A DNA stretch of 18,525 nt from Verrucomicrobiota bacterium (GCA_038214755.1 JBBQRQ010000101.1:1-18525), one strand, 5' to 3'. Positions 1 to 8,735 are shown, counted from the first letter of the stretch. Notes: generated by a model from the letters alone, not told the origin. Numbers and translations: made by a program.

Positions 1-121
1 GGTCAATCAAATACAATGGTGGTTTGTGTGACGCCGCCCCCCTCGGGGCGCGCCGCGCTTTCCCTCAAACCTCCTGGCCCCTCGCGGTGCCGCGCCCTAC
101 CTTGACGTCATTGAAAATTAT

Positions 122-1183
122 TTGCCGCCGTCGCAGCGCGAATCTGATCTCGCCGTCATTATTTATACTTCGGGCACAACAGGCCGCCCCAAAGGAGCGA
201 TGCTTTCCAACGGCAATTTGTTGCACAACGTGGAAAGCTGCCGACGCGTGCTCGAAGCGGTGGGAGAAGATCGGATCGTGGTGCTGCTGCCGATGTTCCA
301 CAGTTTCATGCTGACCGTGGGCGTGCTCCTGCCCTTGCTCATCGGCGGATCGATTGTCTTGATCAAGTCCGTTCATCCCATGAAAAACATGCTGGAAGAA
401 ATCTTGCGGCATCGCGCCACGCTGTTGCCAGCGGTGCCCGCGTTTTTTCGGACGTTGATCCATTCGTCCATCGGGGCGGATTTGCCTTTGCGACTTTGCA
501 TCAGCGGGGCCGCGCCGTTGCCGGGAGAAATTTTGCGGGAGTTTAGCGAAAAATTTTCTGTGCCGTTGCTCGAAGGATACGGCTTGAGCGAAGCCAGTCC
601 GGTCGTTTCGTTCAACCCGCTTGAGAAACAAAAACCCGGCTCTATCGGCCAGCCGGTTTATGATGTGGAAATCTCCGCGCAAAATGATGAGGGAGAAATT
701 CTTGGGCCGCTGGAGACGGGGGAGATTTGCGTGCGCGGCCAGAACGTGATGCAAGGCTATTGGAACCAGCCGGAAGAAACGGCCAAAACCATGCGGGGCG
801 ATTGGCTGCTCACGGGCGACGTTGGGCATTGCGACGATGAAGGCTATTTTTTTATCACTGACCGCAAAAAAGACATGTTGATCGTCAATGGCATCAATGT
901 TTATCCCCGCGAAATTGAGGAAATCATTTATCAATTTTCCGGCGTCAAAGAAGTGGGGGTCATTGGCGTGCCCGATTCGCGAAAGGGGGAAATTCCAATT
1001 GCTTTCGTTTCGACGAACGAGGGAATGGCGTTGGATGAAAAAGCCATTCAACAATTTGTGCGGGAAAAATTAGCGGACTACAAAATACCGAAGCGAATTA
1101 TGTTTTTGCCCGCGTTGCCCCGAAATCCGACCGGCAAGATTTTGAAAACCACTTTGCGCGAGATGGCGAAACAAACGGCTTGA
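122..1183 (+). CDS. Long-chain fatty acid-CoA ligase (AMP-binding family), 5'-incomplete
   Basis: Motifs YTSGTTGRPKG, EGYGLSE, TGDVG, DRKKDMLIVNG and LPRNPTGKILK. About 150 aa normally found upstream of the P-loop are missing, and the frame is closed by TGA at 29-31. Confidence 0.9.
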   Translation: MPPSQRESDLAVIIYTSGTTGRPKGAMLSNGNLLHNVESCRRVLEAVGEDRIVVLLPMFHSFMLTVGVLLPLLIGGSIVLIKSVHPMKNMLEEILRHRATLLPAVPAFFRTLIHSSIGADLPLRLCISGAAPLPGEILREFSEKFSVPLLEGYGLSEASPVVSFNPLEKQKPGSIGQPVYDVEISAQNDEGEILGPLETGEICVRGQNVMQGYWNQPEETAKTMRGDWLLTGDVGHCDDEGYFFITDRKKDMLIVNGINVYPREIEEIIYQFSGVKEVGVIGVPDSRKGEIPIAFVSTNEGMALDEKAIQQFVREKLADYKIPKRIMFLPALPRNPTGKILKTTLREMAKQTA

Positions 1184-1196
1184 ATCGGCGAAGAGA

Positions 1197-1272
1197 TGGG
1201 GTGGCCGACGGGATTCGAACCCGCAACAACAAGCTCCACAAGCTTGGACTCTACCATTGAGCTACGACCACC
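1197..1272 (-). tRNA. tRNA-His (GTG), with G-1 and encoded CCA
   Basis: Reverse complement reads G-GTGGTCG TA GCTC AATGGTA GAGT C CAAGC TTGTGGA GCTTG TTGTT GCGGG TTCGAAT CCCGT CGGCCAC C CCA: full cloverleaf, anticodon GTG, C discriminator. Confidence 0.97.
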
Positions 1273-1285
1273 AATCGAGGGCGCT

Positions 1286-1314
1286 AAATTAGTTTTTGAC
1301 CTCCACACCGTCAA
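1286..1314 (-). promoter_or_regulatory. Putative sigma70 promoter of tRNA-His
   Basis: Minus strand TTGACG-N17-TAATTT, ending 13 nt upstream of the tRNA. Confidence 0.6.
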
Positions 1315-1345
1315 GCGTTCATCGCCGCAGAGACTGGGTTTCCGA

Positions 1346-1471
1346 TTAAACGCAGAGGGCGCGAAGGTTCCCGCAAAGGTCGCGAAGGGAGCAGTCAAAA
1401 GAAAAGAGTTTGGCAGGAAAGTTTTTACTCTGCGTTCCTCTGCGAAAACCTTTGCGTCCTTTGCGGTAAAA
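1346..1471. repeat. Imperfect inverted-repeat element built from CGCA(A/G)AG units
   Basis: Left arm ttaaacgcagagggcgcgaaggttcccgcaaaggtcgcgaag aligns with the reverse complement of the right arm, tttaccgcaaaggacgcaaaggttttcgcagaggaacgcagag; spacer about 40 nt. Confidence 0.8.
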
Positions 1472-1532
1472 TTGTTCGCTTCGCTATTCTACCCACAAGA
1501 AACATTGAGGAACATTTAAATTCTTCCTCATC

Positions 1533-2963
1533 TCACGCGAATAATTCCATGATCGGTTTGCCTTTGCCATCGTGCGTGACGTAGAACGGACGTTTCTCCA
1601 CTTCGTAAGCCAGTTTCGGCGAGACGCCCATCGCCCGATAAATCGTCGCGTGCAAATCTTCGATGACGACGCGATTCTCGATTGTTTTGCACGGGCGTTC
1701 GTCAGCGGTTTTGCCCCAGAGAAAACCTTTTTTAAATCCGCCGCCAAAACAGAGCACGCTGCCGGCGTCGGTGAAGTGACGGTGCATCCCGTAAAATTTT
1801 AAATCGTCGATGGTGTCGGGTTGCGTGACCTGGCCTTTGACCGGTTTGTCCGGTTTGCCTTCGACCAATGCGTCGCGACTGAACTCACTGGCCAGCACAA
1901 TCAACGTGCGATCGAGCAAACCGCGCGCTTCCAAATCGAGAACCAGTTGCGCGACGGGCGCATCAACCATTTTTTTCAAATCAACCATTCGGGTGTGGCC
2001 GTTTTCGTGGGTGTCCCAATATTGAAATGGAATATATTCAGTGGTGACTTCGATGAAGCGCGCGCCCGCTTCGGTCAATCGGCGAGCGAGCAGGCAACCC
2101 AAACCAAATTTGCCGGTGTTGTATTTTGCGTAACTTTCTTTTGGCTCGAGCGAAAGATCGAACGCTTTGGCGGCGGGCGAACTTAAAAGGCGATGCGCAT
2201 TGTCGAGCGAGCGGAGCAACGATTCTTTTTGAAAATCACTACCGAGTTGGCCAACGGGACTTTTTCCGGCGAGTTGTTTAAAAAATTTATCGCGATTTTC
2301 AAAACGGTTCGGACTCATGCCCGCCGGTGGACGAACTGCGTTGACCGCTTCTTCGGGATTGGCCACGACGAACGGACCAAATTCGCTGCCCAGAAAACCC
2401 GCGGTGTGAAACGCTTTTAATTCCTCGCCTTCACCCAAATCGAATCGCTGGCCGATGTCGATGAACGCGGGCATCGCGGGATTTTTCGGGCCGAGGGTGC
2501 GGGCGATGACCGCGCCGATGTGCGGCGCAGCGACGGTTTGGGGCGGCGCGTAACCGGTGTGCCATTGGTATTGATGACGCGAATGCAAAATGAATCCGAG
2601 ATCGCCCGCCGTGTAGGAACGAATCAGCGTCGCGCGATCCATCACCCTGGCGATGTTCTCGAGACCAGCGGTGAGTTTGATGTGATCGACCGACGTATCG
2701 ATTGTCGGAAAAGTGCTGAGAACTTTTTGCGTCGGCATTCCTTTTTCAAAGGGCGCGTAACGTTTTGGATCGAACGTTTCGGTGTGCGCCATGCCGCCGC
2801 CCATCCAAAGAATGATGACGGTGTCGGCGGTGGGAGTAATTTTTCCTTCGACGATTTCGTCCGCTAAAATTTTTGTCGGATAGCCAGCAGCCAACGCGCC
2901 GAGGGTGGCTGCGCTCGCTGTTTTCAAAAACTCACGGCGATTAAATTGAGTCATGGTTTTCAT
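1533..2963 (-). CDS. DUF1501 domain protein, Tat-exported
   Basis: Twin-arginine NRREFLK signal; ILWMGGGMAHTETFDPK, FGLGCLLARRLTEAGARFIEV, WDTH and LASEFSR motifs. Start placed at ATG 2963 (or 2954), not 3068. Confidence 0.92.
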   Translation of the reverse strand: MKTMTQFNRREFLKTASAATLGALAAGYPTKILADEIVEGKITPTADTVIILWMGGGMAHTETFDPKRYAPFEKGMPTQKVLSTFPTIDTSVDHIKLTAGLENIARVMDRATLIRSYTAGDLGFILHSRHQYQWHTGYAPPQTVAAPHIGAVIARTLGPKNPAMPAFIDIGQRFDLGEGEELKAFHTAGFLGSEFGPFVVANPEEAVNAVRPPAGMSPNRFENRDKFFKQLAGKSPVGQLGSDFQKESLLRSLDNAHRLLSSPAAKAFDLSLEPKESYAKYNTGKFGLGCLLARRLTEAGARFIEVTTEYIPFQYWDTHENGHTRMVDLKKMVDAPVAQLVLDLEARGLLDRTLIVLASEFSRDALVEGKPDKPVKGQVTQPDTIDDLKFYGMHRHFTDAGSVLCFGGGFKKGFLWGKTADERPCKTIENRVVIEDLHATIYRAMGVSPKLAYEVEKRPFYVTHDGKGKPIMELFA

Positions 2964-3027
2964 TTGAGTCCGGGAAACGTGTTGCCGCGAACCGGCGAAC
3001 TTTCTTGCCATTCTTTTTCTGTAATCT

Positions 3028-4986
3028 TCAAACAATAACCAAATGAGAGGCCCGACGCAAAAGCTCATTTATTTTCAGCGGACGCGGACTGGCGTAGTGC
3101 AAGCTGACGAGCGTCATGCGCTCCGCAGTCAAAGGCGCGCGCAAAGTATTGATCACCATTCGCGGGTAGATCAGGTTGACGTTGGGCGGAATGTTTTGGT
3201 CGAAAACTTCGGTGGCTTCAAGCTGTTCAAAACCACTCGCGTTCCACGATGCGATTAATAATTTACTGCGCGGTGAATGCAATATTTGCAGCGTTGGCTT
3301 GGTCGTTCGCTCATAGGTTTCGCCGTTCATCAAACCCAGGACGGACGAGCCTTCTAAAATTTCAATTGATTTGTTGAGCGCCGAGGCAGGCGCGGTGACC
3401 ACGTGGGTGCGCTTTTCAAACTCGCCCTTCACGCTGATGCGGGTAATAACATCGAAACGTAAATCCCCAAGCTGCGCCCACCATTTCGTTTCGATTCCGT
3501 CGGCGGTTAGTGTTCCGCTTTTGATTCCGCTGCGACCAGAGCAGAGATGCGTCTCCGTGTGACGGAAGACAAGTGCTTGATCCCACGTGGAGCGGTCTTC
3601 CCGCACAATGTAATTAAAAGGAAAATGGGATGAGTAAGAAAACCTTTGATAACCGTCGCGATAGCGGGCGCGTCGCGGTTCATTGCGTGCTTCGAAAAGT
3701 CGCACTTGACCGGAAGCTTTGGTGCCGATGAGTAACATCTGGGCTTTCTCCAGACGAATTCGATAATCGGCGCGCTCGACGGGGAGAGCTTCTTCCCGTG
3801 AAGTCCAAAAAGGATCTCGCGGCGGGATCGAGTAAAGCGAGAACGACTGCATACACCAGTATGGATGACTATTATCAATGTAAGGTTCTCGAACCGCCGT
3901 GCTGCCGCCTTCCGTAAAAGTCTCGCGGAGCTTGCCGTTGGTTTTATCGAACGCGCCGACTTTCCAGTGAAATTCCAAATTGCGACGGACAATCGCGCGG
4001 AGCATTCCTGGCGAATACGGCCACAGACCCTGCGCGTAAGCCTCGACGAGCGGCATCAGAACTGCCCAGCGATAAATCAGCGAACGTCCGAACAAAACGT
4101 GACTGCCATTGGCCGCAAAAAAGTAGGGAGTTTTTTCCAGAAACTTATTTAACCGCTGGCTGAAACGCGCTGACAATTCCGGATAACTTTTTCCGATGAT
4201 GCGGTTCCAGTAGAGGAAGTGGCTCGCGAAAGTCCAAAAGTTGTAATAGTCATAGGCTGATAAAACCGGAGAGTCGCTATACCAGCCGTCCTCGGCGGAT
4301 TGAGCGAGAGCTTCCATCGCGTTCAAGTCCGCCAACATCCATTCTTCGGAGCCGGAAAATTCCTTCCATTTTTTTGAGAGAGCAATGCGGGCCGCCTGGT
4401 TGATGGCCGAAAACCATGCGTGATTATTTTCGCGCTCGGGAACCTGGGTGCAACTCGCCAGCCATTTTTGGATATTGGTCCGCTCGCTCGCAGAAAGTTT
4501 TGCCAGAAAATTATCGCCGAGTTGCCAGAGCGACCACGCCACCAGCGCGGCTTCGACGGAACGCTGCGACGCTTTATCTGCCGGTGCTTCTCCCCAATAA
4601 TCGGGATGCGCGGGATTGAAAGCATTCTTAAACGCTGACAGCAATACGTCCGTTAAATTAAAAGATTCGTTACCGACACGAAAGGTATTCGGTTGTTTTT
4701 TCGCGACCACCCACGCGGCCAGCGGGGGCATCATCCGCGCGACGGAGACGTAGGTTTTTCCCGAAGGTGTGCAACAACTTTTCAGCAAAGTTCCCTGCGG
4801 AAAATCACAGACCGCGAAGCTGTCGGAAGTTTTTCGGGCGTTTTGTAAAAAACCGTCGAGGATCTCGAGAAAGTAAAAATCAATTGCTGCAACCGAATCA
4901 TTCTTCGCTGCTCGTAGAAACGGCGCTCCCACCGCAAAACTTCCGGCGGCTGCGCTTAAACAAATAAATTTTCTTCGGTTGAGCAC
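3028..4986 (-). CDS. DUF2264 domain protein, Tat-exported
   Basis: LNRRKF Tat signal; HPDYWG, NNHAWF, GWYSD, YDYYNFW and FGRSLIYRWA motifs recognised as DUF2264. Confidence 0.8.
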   Translation of the reverse strand: MLNRRKFICLSAAAGSFAVGAPFLRAAKNDSVAAIDFYFLEILDGFLQNARKTSDSFAVCDFPQGTLLKSCCTPSGKTYVSVARMMPPLAAWVVAKKQPNTFRVGNESFNLTDVLLSAFKNAFNPAHPDYWGEAPADKASQRSVEAALVAWSLWQLGDNFLAKLSASERTNIQKWLASCTQVPERENNHAWFSAINQAARIALSKKWKEFSGSEEWMLADLNAMEALAQSAEDGWYSDSPVLSAYDYYNFWTFASHFLYWNRIIGKSYPELSARFSQRLNKFLEKTPYFFAANGSHVLFGRSLIYRWAVLMPLVEAYAQGLWPYSPGMLRAIVRRNLEFHWKVGAFDKTNGKLRETFTEGGSTAVREPYIDNSHPYWCMQSFSLYSIPPRDPFWTSREEALPVERADYRIRLEKAQMLLIGTKASGQVRLFEARNEPRRARYRDGYQRFSYSSHFPFNYIVREDRSTWDQALVFRHTETHLCSGRSGIKSGTLTADGIETKWWAQLGDLRFDVITRISVKGEFEKRTHVVTAPASALNKSIEILEGSSVLGLMNGETYERTTKPTLQILHSPRSKLLIASWNASGFEQLEATEVFDQNIPPNVNLIYPRMVINTLRAPLTAERMTLVSLHYASPRPLKINELLRRASHLVIV

Positions 4987-5008
4987 AACGTCTGATTTCT
5001 TGTTTAGC

Positions 5009-5251
5009 TCAACTTGCTTTCAACTGTTCCACGACCCACAGTTCGATTAATTTATTTCGGCTTAACTTTTTACGACGGGCTTCTTTATCCAATGATTTAA
5101 TTAAAGTGGTGGGGACATTCACTTCCACCCGGCAACCATCAGGTTCGACAATTTTCGCGCGATCCCAATCCACAAATTCGTCAATTTCCTCGCCCGCATC
5201 AAAACGCCGATCCAATTCGATGGCTGAGATTTTAGATTTCGTCTTGTTCAT
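5009..5251 (-). CDS. BrnA/CopG-like ribbon-helix-helix antitoxin
   Basis: MNKTKSKISAIELDRRFDAGEEIDEFVDW...RVEVNVPTTLIKSLDKEARRKKLSRNKLIELWV; the ATG at 5251 overlaps the 3' end of the BrnT-like gene. Confidence 0.85.
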   Translation of the reverse strand: MNKTKSKISAIELDRRFDAGEEIDEFVDWDRAKIVEPDGCRVEVNVPTTLIKSLDKEARRKKLSRNKLIELWVVEQLKAS

Positions 5252-5498
5252 AATTTTGTCGTTCCTTCTCGCGCGAACGTCGCGCTGAAATAATGCGCGT
5301 TCGCCCGTCGCGCTCGGTGATGATTGCCGTCCAATGTTTCTCATCAAGTTTGCCAATCACCAGCCAACGCGGTTCCTCACTGGTCATCAAAGGAACTTTG
5401 AGGACGCGTTGTTTCCATAGCGTCTACACCGTCCGAAAATCAACTCCGTGTTTGGATAAATTTGCCGCGCTCTTCTTCGGATCAAATTCAAACTCCAC
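5232..5498 (-). pseudogene. BrnT-family (DUF497) toxin with an internal TAG
   Basis: Manual translation from GTG 5498: MEFEFDPKKSAANLSKHGVDFRTV*TLWKQRVLKVPLMTSEEPRWLVIGKLDEKHWTAIITERDGRTRIISARRSREKERQNYEQDEI*. TAG is at 5424-5426; the KHGVDF and RIISAR motifs are intact. Confidence 0.9.
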
Positions 5499-5576
5499 GT
5501 TTAATTTAGCTGGCTTCTAAACCAAAGTTTTCAAAAGCTCGCGACGATTAAATTTAGAGCTAAAGTTCATTCGACT

Positions 5577-5867
5577 TTAAACAAAAGCTTTGCACGGAAT
5601 GTGCAAAATTTTATCGGGTTCTTCCTTATGCGATTGAATCGCGAAGAAACGCCGCTCGACTTCAAGCAGCGCATCGCCCGGATAAAAGCGCATCCCACAT
5701 TTCGCGCAAACTTCGACGGGAAAATCGGAAACCATCAAGTGCTCACCTTTGTAGGTGTAGAGATATTCTTCACGACGAGCTTGAAATTCCTCGCCTCCGC
5801 AAAACGGACACTGGTCAGACTTTGTTTCTCGTCCGGGCGTCTCGCCATTTGGGCATTGTTGGGACAT
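5577..5867 (-). CDS. YgiT-type (MqsA N-terminal-like) zinc-finger protein, putative antitoxin
   Basis: CPFCGG...VEVCAKCGMRFY with the typical spacing; lies directly downstream of DUF4258. Start uncertain. Confidence 0.85.
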   Translation of the reverse strand: MSQQCPNGETPGRETKSDQCPFCGGEEFQARREEYLYTYKGEHLMVSDFPVEVCAKCGMRFYPGDALLEVERRFFAIQSHKEEPDKILHIPCKAFV

Positions 5868-6127
5868 AGACAGTAATAATTAAACAGAGCTCCAGCTTTG
5901 CGTCCACAAACGACGTGAATCGGTTTCTTCCCGACAAAACCGAGTATCAAACAACTTTCACCGCGACTGGTGTCTTCATATTGGTCGAGAATTTCAGCGG
6001 GCGACAGCGCGTCATAAACCTCTTGAAAGGTCAGATCATCATTTCGCCGCTCGGCGTCTGCGTGCTGTGTAAAAGCAATTCGTTTTGCCTGCGTCCTGGC
6101 TCGAATTTCTTCGACAGTTATAGCCAC
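5815..6127 (-). pseudogene. DUF4258 protein (putative RelE-like toxin), 1-nt frameshift
   Basis: FTQHA...EILDQY...SCLILG...PIHVVCG, then the family C-terminus IITVYVPTMPKWRDARTRNKV* continues in a shifted frame after ctg-ttt-a (about 5882-5884). Length is 313 nt (3n+1). Confidence 0.85.
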
Positions 6128-6131
6128 ACAT

Positions 6132-8621
6132 TTAATAAATCAACTGAAACTCCGGCAGCATCGTCATCGCCCAAAGAAAATCTTCGACACCTTCTTTTTT
6201 CACGGGCTTGCCCACGACTTGTTCGGCGGTTTGCGATTCGTTCGCCGTTGGCTTTCGCCCGAGGCCTTTTGCGAAAATTCTTTCAATCAATTCATTACTC
6301 CCAATTTTTTGCGCGGCCAACTCCGCCGCGCCGCGCTTTAAAATTTCGTCGAGAGTTTGGCCGTTGGTCATTTCCAGCGCCTGCAAGGTTGTCGCCGTGA
6401 CCGGACGTGTCGTCACCACTTGTTCGCGGTTGGGCCGGCCCAGCGCGGTCATCAAAGGGTCCGCCGCCACGAGTGACGCGCGCACTTTTCCGGAGTAGGC
6501 CGAGGCGAGCCGGGTCGCCATATAATTTTTTGCCACGCGCCACGGCAGCATCATCATTTCACCCAACTCCTCCGCGTTGCTCCAATTTTCCGCGGCGAAT
6601 TCCGGATTTTCCCAACCCTCTTTTTTTTCGTTGCTCATCAACCACGATTTGTCCGAGCCGAAATCATTTGTTCGTTCAATCCCATCGACGACTTCCCGCA
6701 GCCGCGCATAAAATAAAAAGCCAGCGGGATTTTCTGTGCCGCCGATCGCTTTTTCCGGCGTCGGCTCGGAGTTGTCCGGCAGATGATTGACCGCGTCCGC
6801 TGCGAAAACATTTTCCCCCTTTTTCAAAAATGGCCGTAGGTCGTAAAGATAAGCATTTTTAAATTCGTTTCCCGCGCCAACCTTTTTCCCATTCACAAAA
6901 AACGTGAAGCTGTTGTCGGCGGAAACGAGCGCCTTGGCGTCGGTCGGAATTTCGGTGAGTTGAAACTTCTTGCGAAAATAAACGTGCTCCGCTTTTGCTT
7001 TGACGGCGGCGTTCGTGTCGTTCCAAATCCATTTCGGAATTGGGTTGAGCGCATATTTTTTTTCCTCGGATTGAGTCGCCGCGATTTCGGCGAGCGGGGT
7101 CCCGTAACCGATGCCGGTCAAGGTGGTGATCGCGTCGCGGAATTGCTCGGCGGAAAGTCGGCGCACGGATGGCCCGCGAAAAACATAATCCTTCACATTC
7201 TCGCCGAGGTTAATCGCCGGAAGTTGATAGGCGCGCGAGGTGGCGATCTGCGCGATCAAATGTTTCACGTCGTAATTGTGCGCGGCAAAATCTTCCGCGA
7301 GCCAATCGAGCAGGTCCGAATTCCACGCGGCTTGTTCCATGTCATCGACCGGCTCGACCAGCGCCCGCCCCATGAATTTTCCCCAAAGCCGGTTGACGAA
7401 TGTCCGCGAGAGCCGCCCGTTTTTCGGACTGGTCACGCAATGGGAAAGTTGCTGGAGACGATCTGCTTTATTGGTCCCGGTAATTTCACCAAATTCCGGA
7501 TAGAGAAATTTCGTCGAAGCTTTTTTCCCGGTCGGTTTGTCGCACAGGAAAATTTCCAGTTGCTCGTCGGCGTAAATATTGGCGAAGGCGTAGGCATCGG
7601 AGAGTTGCCAGTCATTGACAAAACTGTCGTGACAGGAGGCGCACTTCAAATTGAGACCCATGAAAACTTGAGAAATATTTTGCGCGGCCTGCATGGGCGG
7701 CAGTTGGCTGGCGTTGACCACGCCGCGCCAAACGATTCCCTTCGTGAAACCTTCGGACTCGGGAGTGGGGTTGATTAACTGCGCGACGAACTGGTCGTAA
7801 GGCATGTTCGTAGCGAGCACGGTGTAGAGCCATTTGGTGATTTGTTTGCGGCCGCCGTCGATGTAGCCGGTGCCTTTGTAATCGTTGCGCAAGAGGTCAT
7901 TCCAAAACGTCAGCCAATGCTCGGCGTAGTTTCGATTGTCGGCCAATAAACGGGCGGCGAGTTTTTCTCGTTTGTCGCTGGTTTTGTCCGCGAGGAATTT
8001 TCCCATTTCGGCCGGAGGCGGGAGCACGCCGATGATGTCCAGATATACGCGGCGGGCAAAAATCCGGTCGTCCACCAACGCGGGCCATTTGATTTTGTTG
8101 GATTGAAAATAACCATCGACGATGGTGTCGATGGGGTTGGGAAACTTTTTGCCGGCAGAAATTTTCGGCGAATTTGGTTTAAGATTTTTCGGCTCTACTT
8201 TGCCGAGCCAAACTTCTTTGTCCCATTTGACGCCTTGATCGATCCAGGCGCGCAACAAACCGATTTGTTCCGGTTTTAACTTCGAACCTTTTTGCGGCAT
8301 GACCGCATCGGGATCGAATCCCATCACCAATTCGATGAGCAGACTGTCTGCGCTTTTTCCGAGGACGACGACCGGGCCATCGTCGCCGCCTTTTAAAAAA
8401 GTCTCGCGGTTGTCGATTTTGAATCCGCCTTTTTCTTTGCCGCGCCCGTGACATTTGGTGCAACTGGTTTCGAGGATCGGCTTGATCTCTTTGGTGAAAT
8501 CAATTTGATGCGACGCGGCAGGCGGCAATTGTTTTATCTGTTCGAGCGTCAATGCGGCAAAGCTGGTCGCTCCTGTCGCCAGCAAACAAATGGAGAAATA
8601 TTTGGCCCGAAAATTTTTCAT
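6132..8621 (-). CDS. Planctomycete-type cytochrome c / DUF1549 / DUF1553 (PSCyt1-PSCyt2-PSD1) protein
   Basis: Signal peptide from ATG 8621; IDFTKEIKPILETSCTKCHG, LLRAWIDQG, NPIDTIV, FARRVYLDIIG, LKCASCHD, FVNRLWGKFMGRALVEPVDD, RRLSAEQFRD, LQALEMTN and EDFLWAM...EF. Confidence 0.93.
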   Translation of the reverse strand: MKNFRAKYFSICLLATGATSFAALTLEQIKQLPPAASHQIDFTKEIKPILETSCTKCHGRGKEKGGFKIDNRETFLKGGDDGPVVVLGKSADSLLIELVMGFDPDAVMPQKGSKLKPEQIGLLRAWIDQGVKWDKEVWLGKVEPKNLKPNSPKISAGKKFPNPIDTIVDGYFQSNKIKWPALVDDRIFARRVYLDIIGVLPPPAEMGKFLADKTSDKREKLAARLLADNRNYAEHWLTFWNDLLRNDYKGTGYIDGGRKQITKWLYTVLATNMPYDQFVAQLINPTPESEGFTKGIVWRGVVNASQLPPMQAAQNISQVFMGLNLKCASCHDSFVNDWQLSDAYAFANIYADEQLEIFLCDKPTGKKASTKFLYPEFGEITGTNKADRLQQLSHCVTSPKNGRLSRTFVNRLWGKFMGRALVEPVDDMEQAAWNSDLLDWLAEDFAAHNYDVKHLIAQIATSRAYQLPAINLGENVKDYVFRGPSVRRLSAEQFRDAITTLTGIGYGTPLAEIAATQSEEKKYALNPIPKWIWNDTNAAVKAKAEHVYFRKKFQLTEIPTDAKALVSADNSFTFFVNGKKVGAGNEFKNAYLYDLRPFLKKGENVFAADAVNHLPDNSEPTPEKAIGGTENPAGFLFYARLREVVDGIERTNDFGSDKSWLMSNEKKEGWENPEFAAENWSNAEELGEMMMLPWRVAKNYMATRLASAYSGKVRASLVAADPLMTALGRPNREQVVTTRPVTATTLQALEMTNGQTLDEILKRGAAELAAQKIGSNELIERIFAKGLGRKPTANESQTAEQVVGKPVKKEGVEDFLWAMTMLPEFQLIY

Positions 8622-8735
8622 CAGGTTCAAAAGATTACATTTCCTCCGAAGAAAAAGCAGGATTTTTTTCCAGTAAGTCGCGAAAGCCAACGATTGAGCG
8701 AGGGTAGCATCTGCCTCCGGCGGGTGCGAAAAACA

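Noticed and set aside
65..1054. 329-aa antisense ORF (also 10971-12371, 6960-7778 and 15647-16294)
   Set aside because: Shadow frames opposite well-supported genes, with no recognisable motifs.
1078..1519. ORFs 1078-1398 and 1196-1519
   Set aside because: They are translations of tRNA-His and the adjacent palindrome.
5424..5426. TAG recoding (alternative code or pyrrolysine) to explain the BrnT stop
   Set aside because: TAG terminates the oxidoreductase (12261-12263), the ABC transporter (12607-12609) and the 17052 gene at apparently normal ends, and no other gene has an internal TAG.
5875..5890. Programmed ribosomal frameshift in DUF4258
   Set aside because: There is no canonical slippery heptamer or obvious stimulatory structure; a simple indel is more parsimonious.
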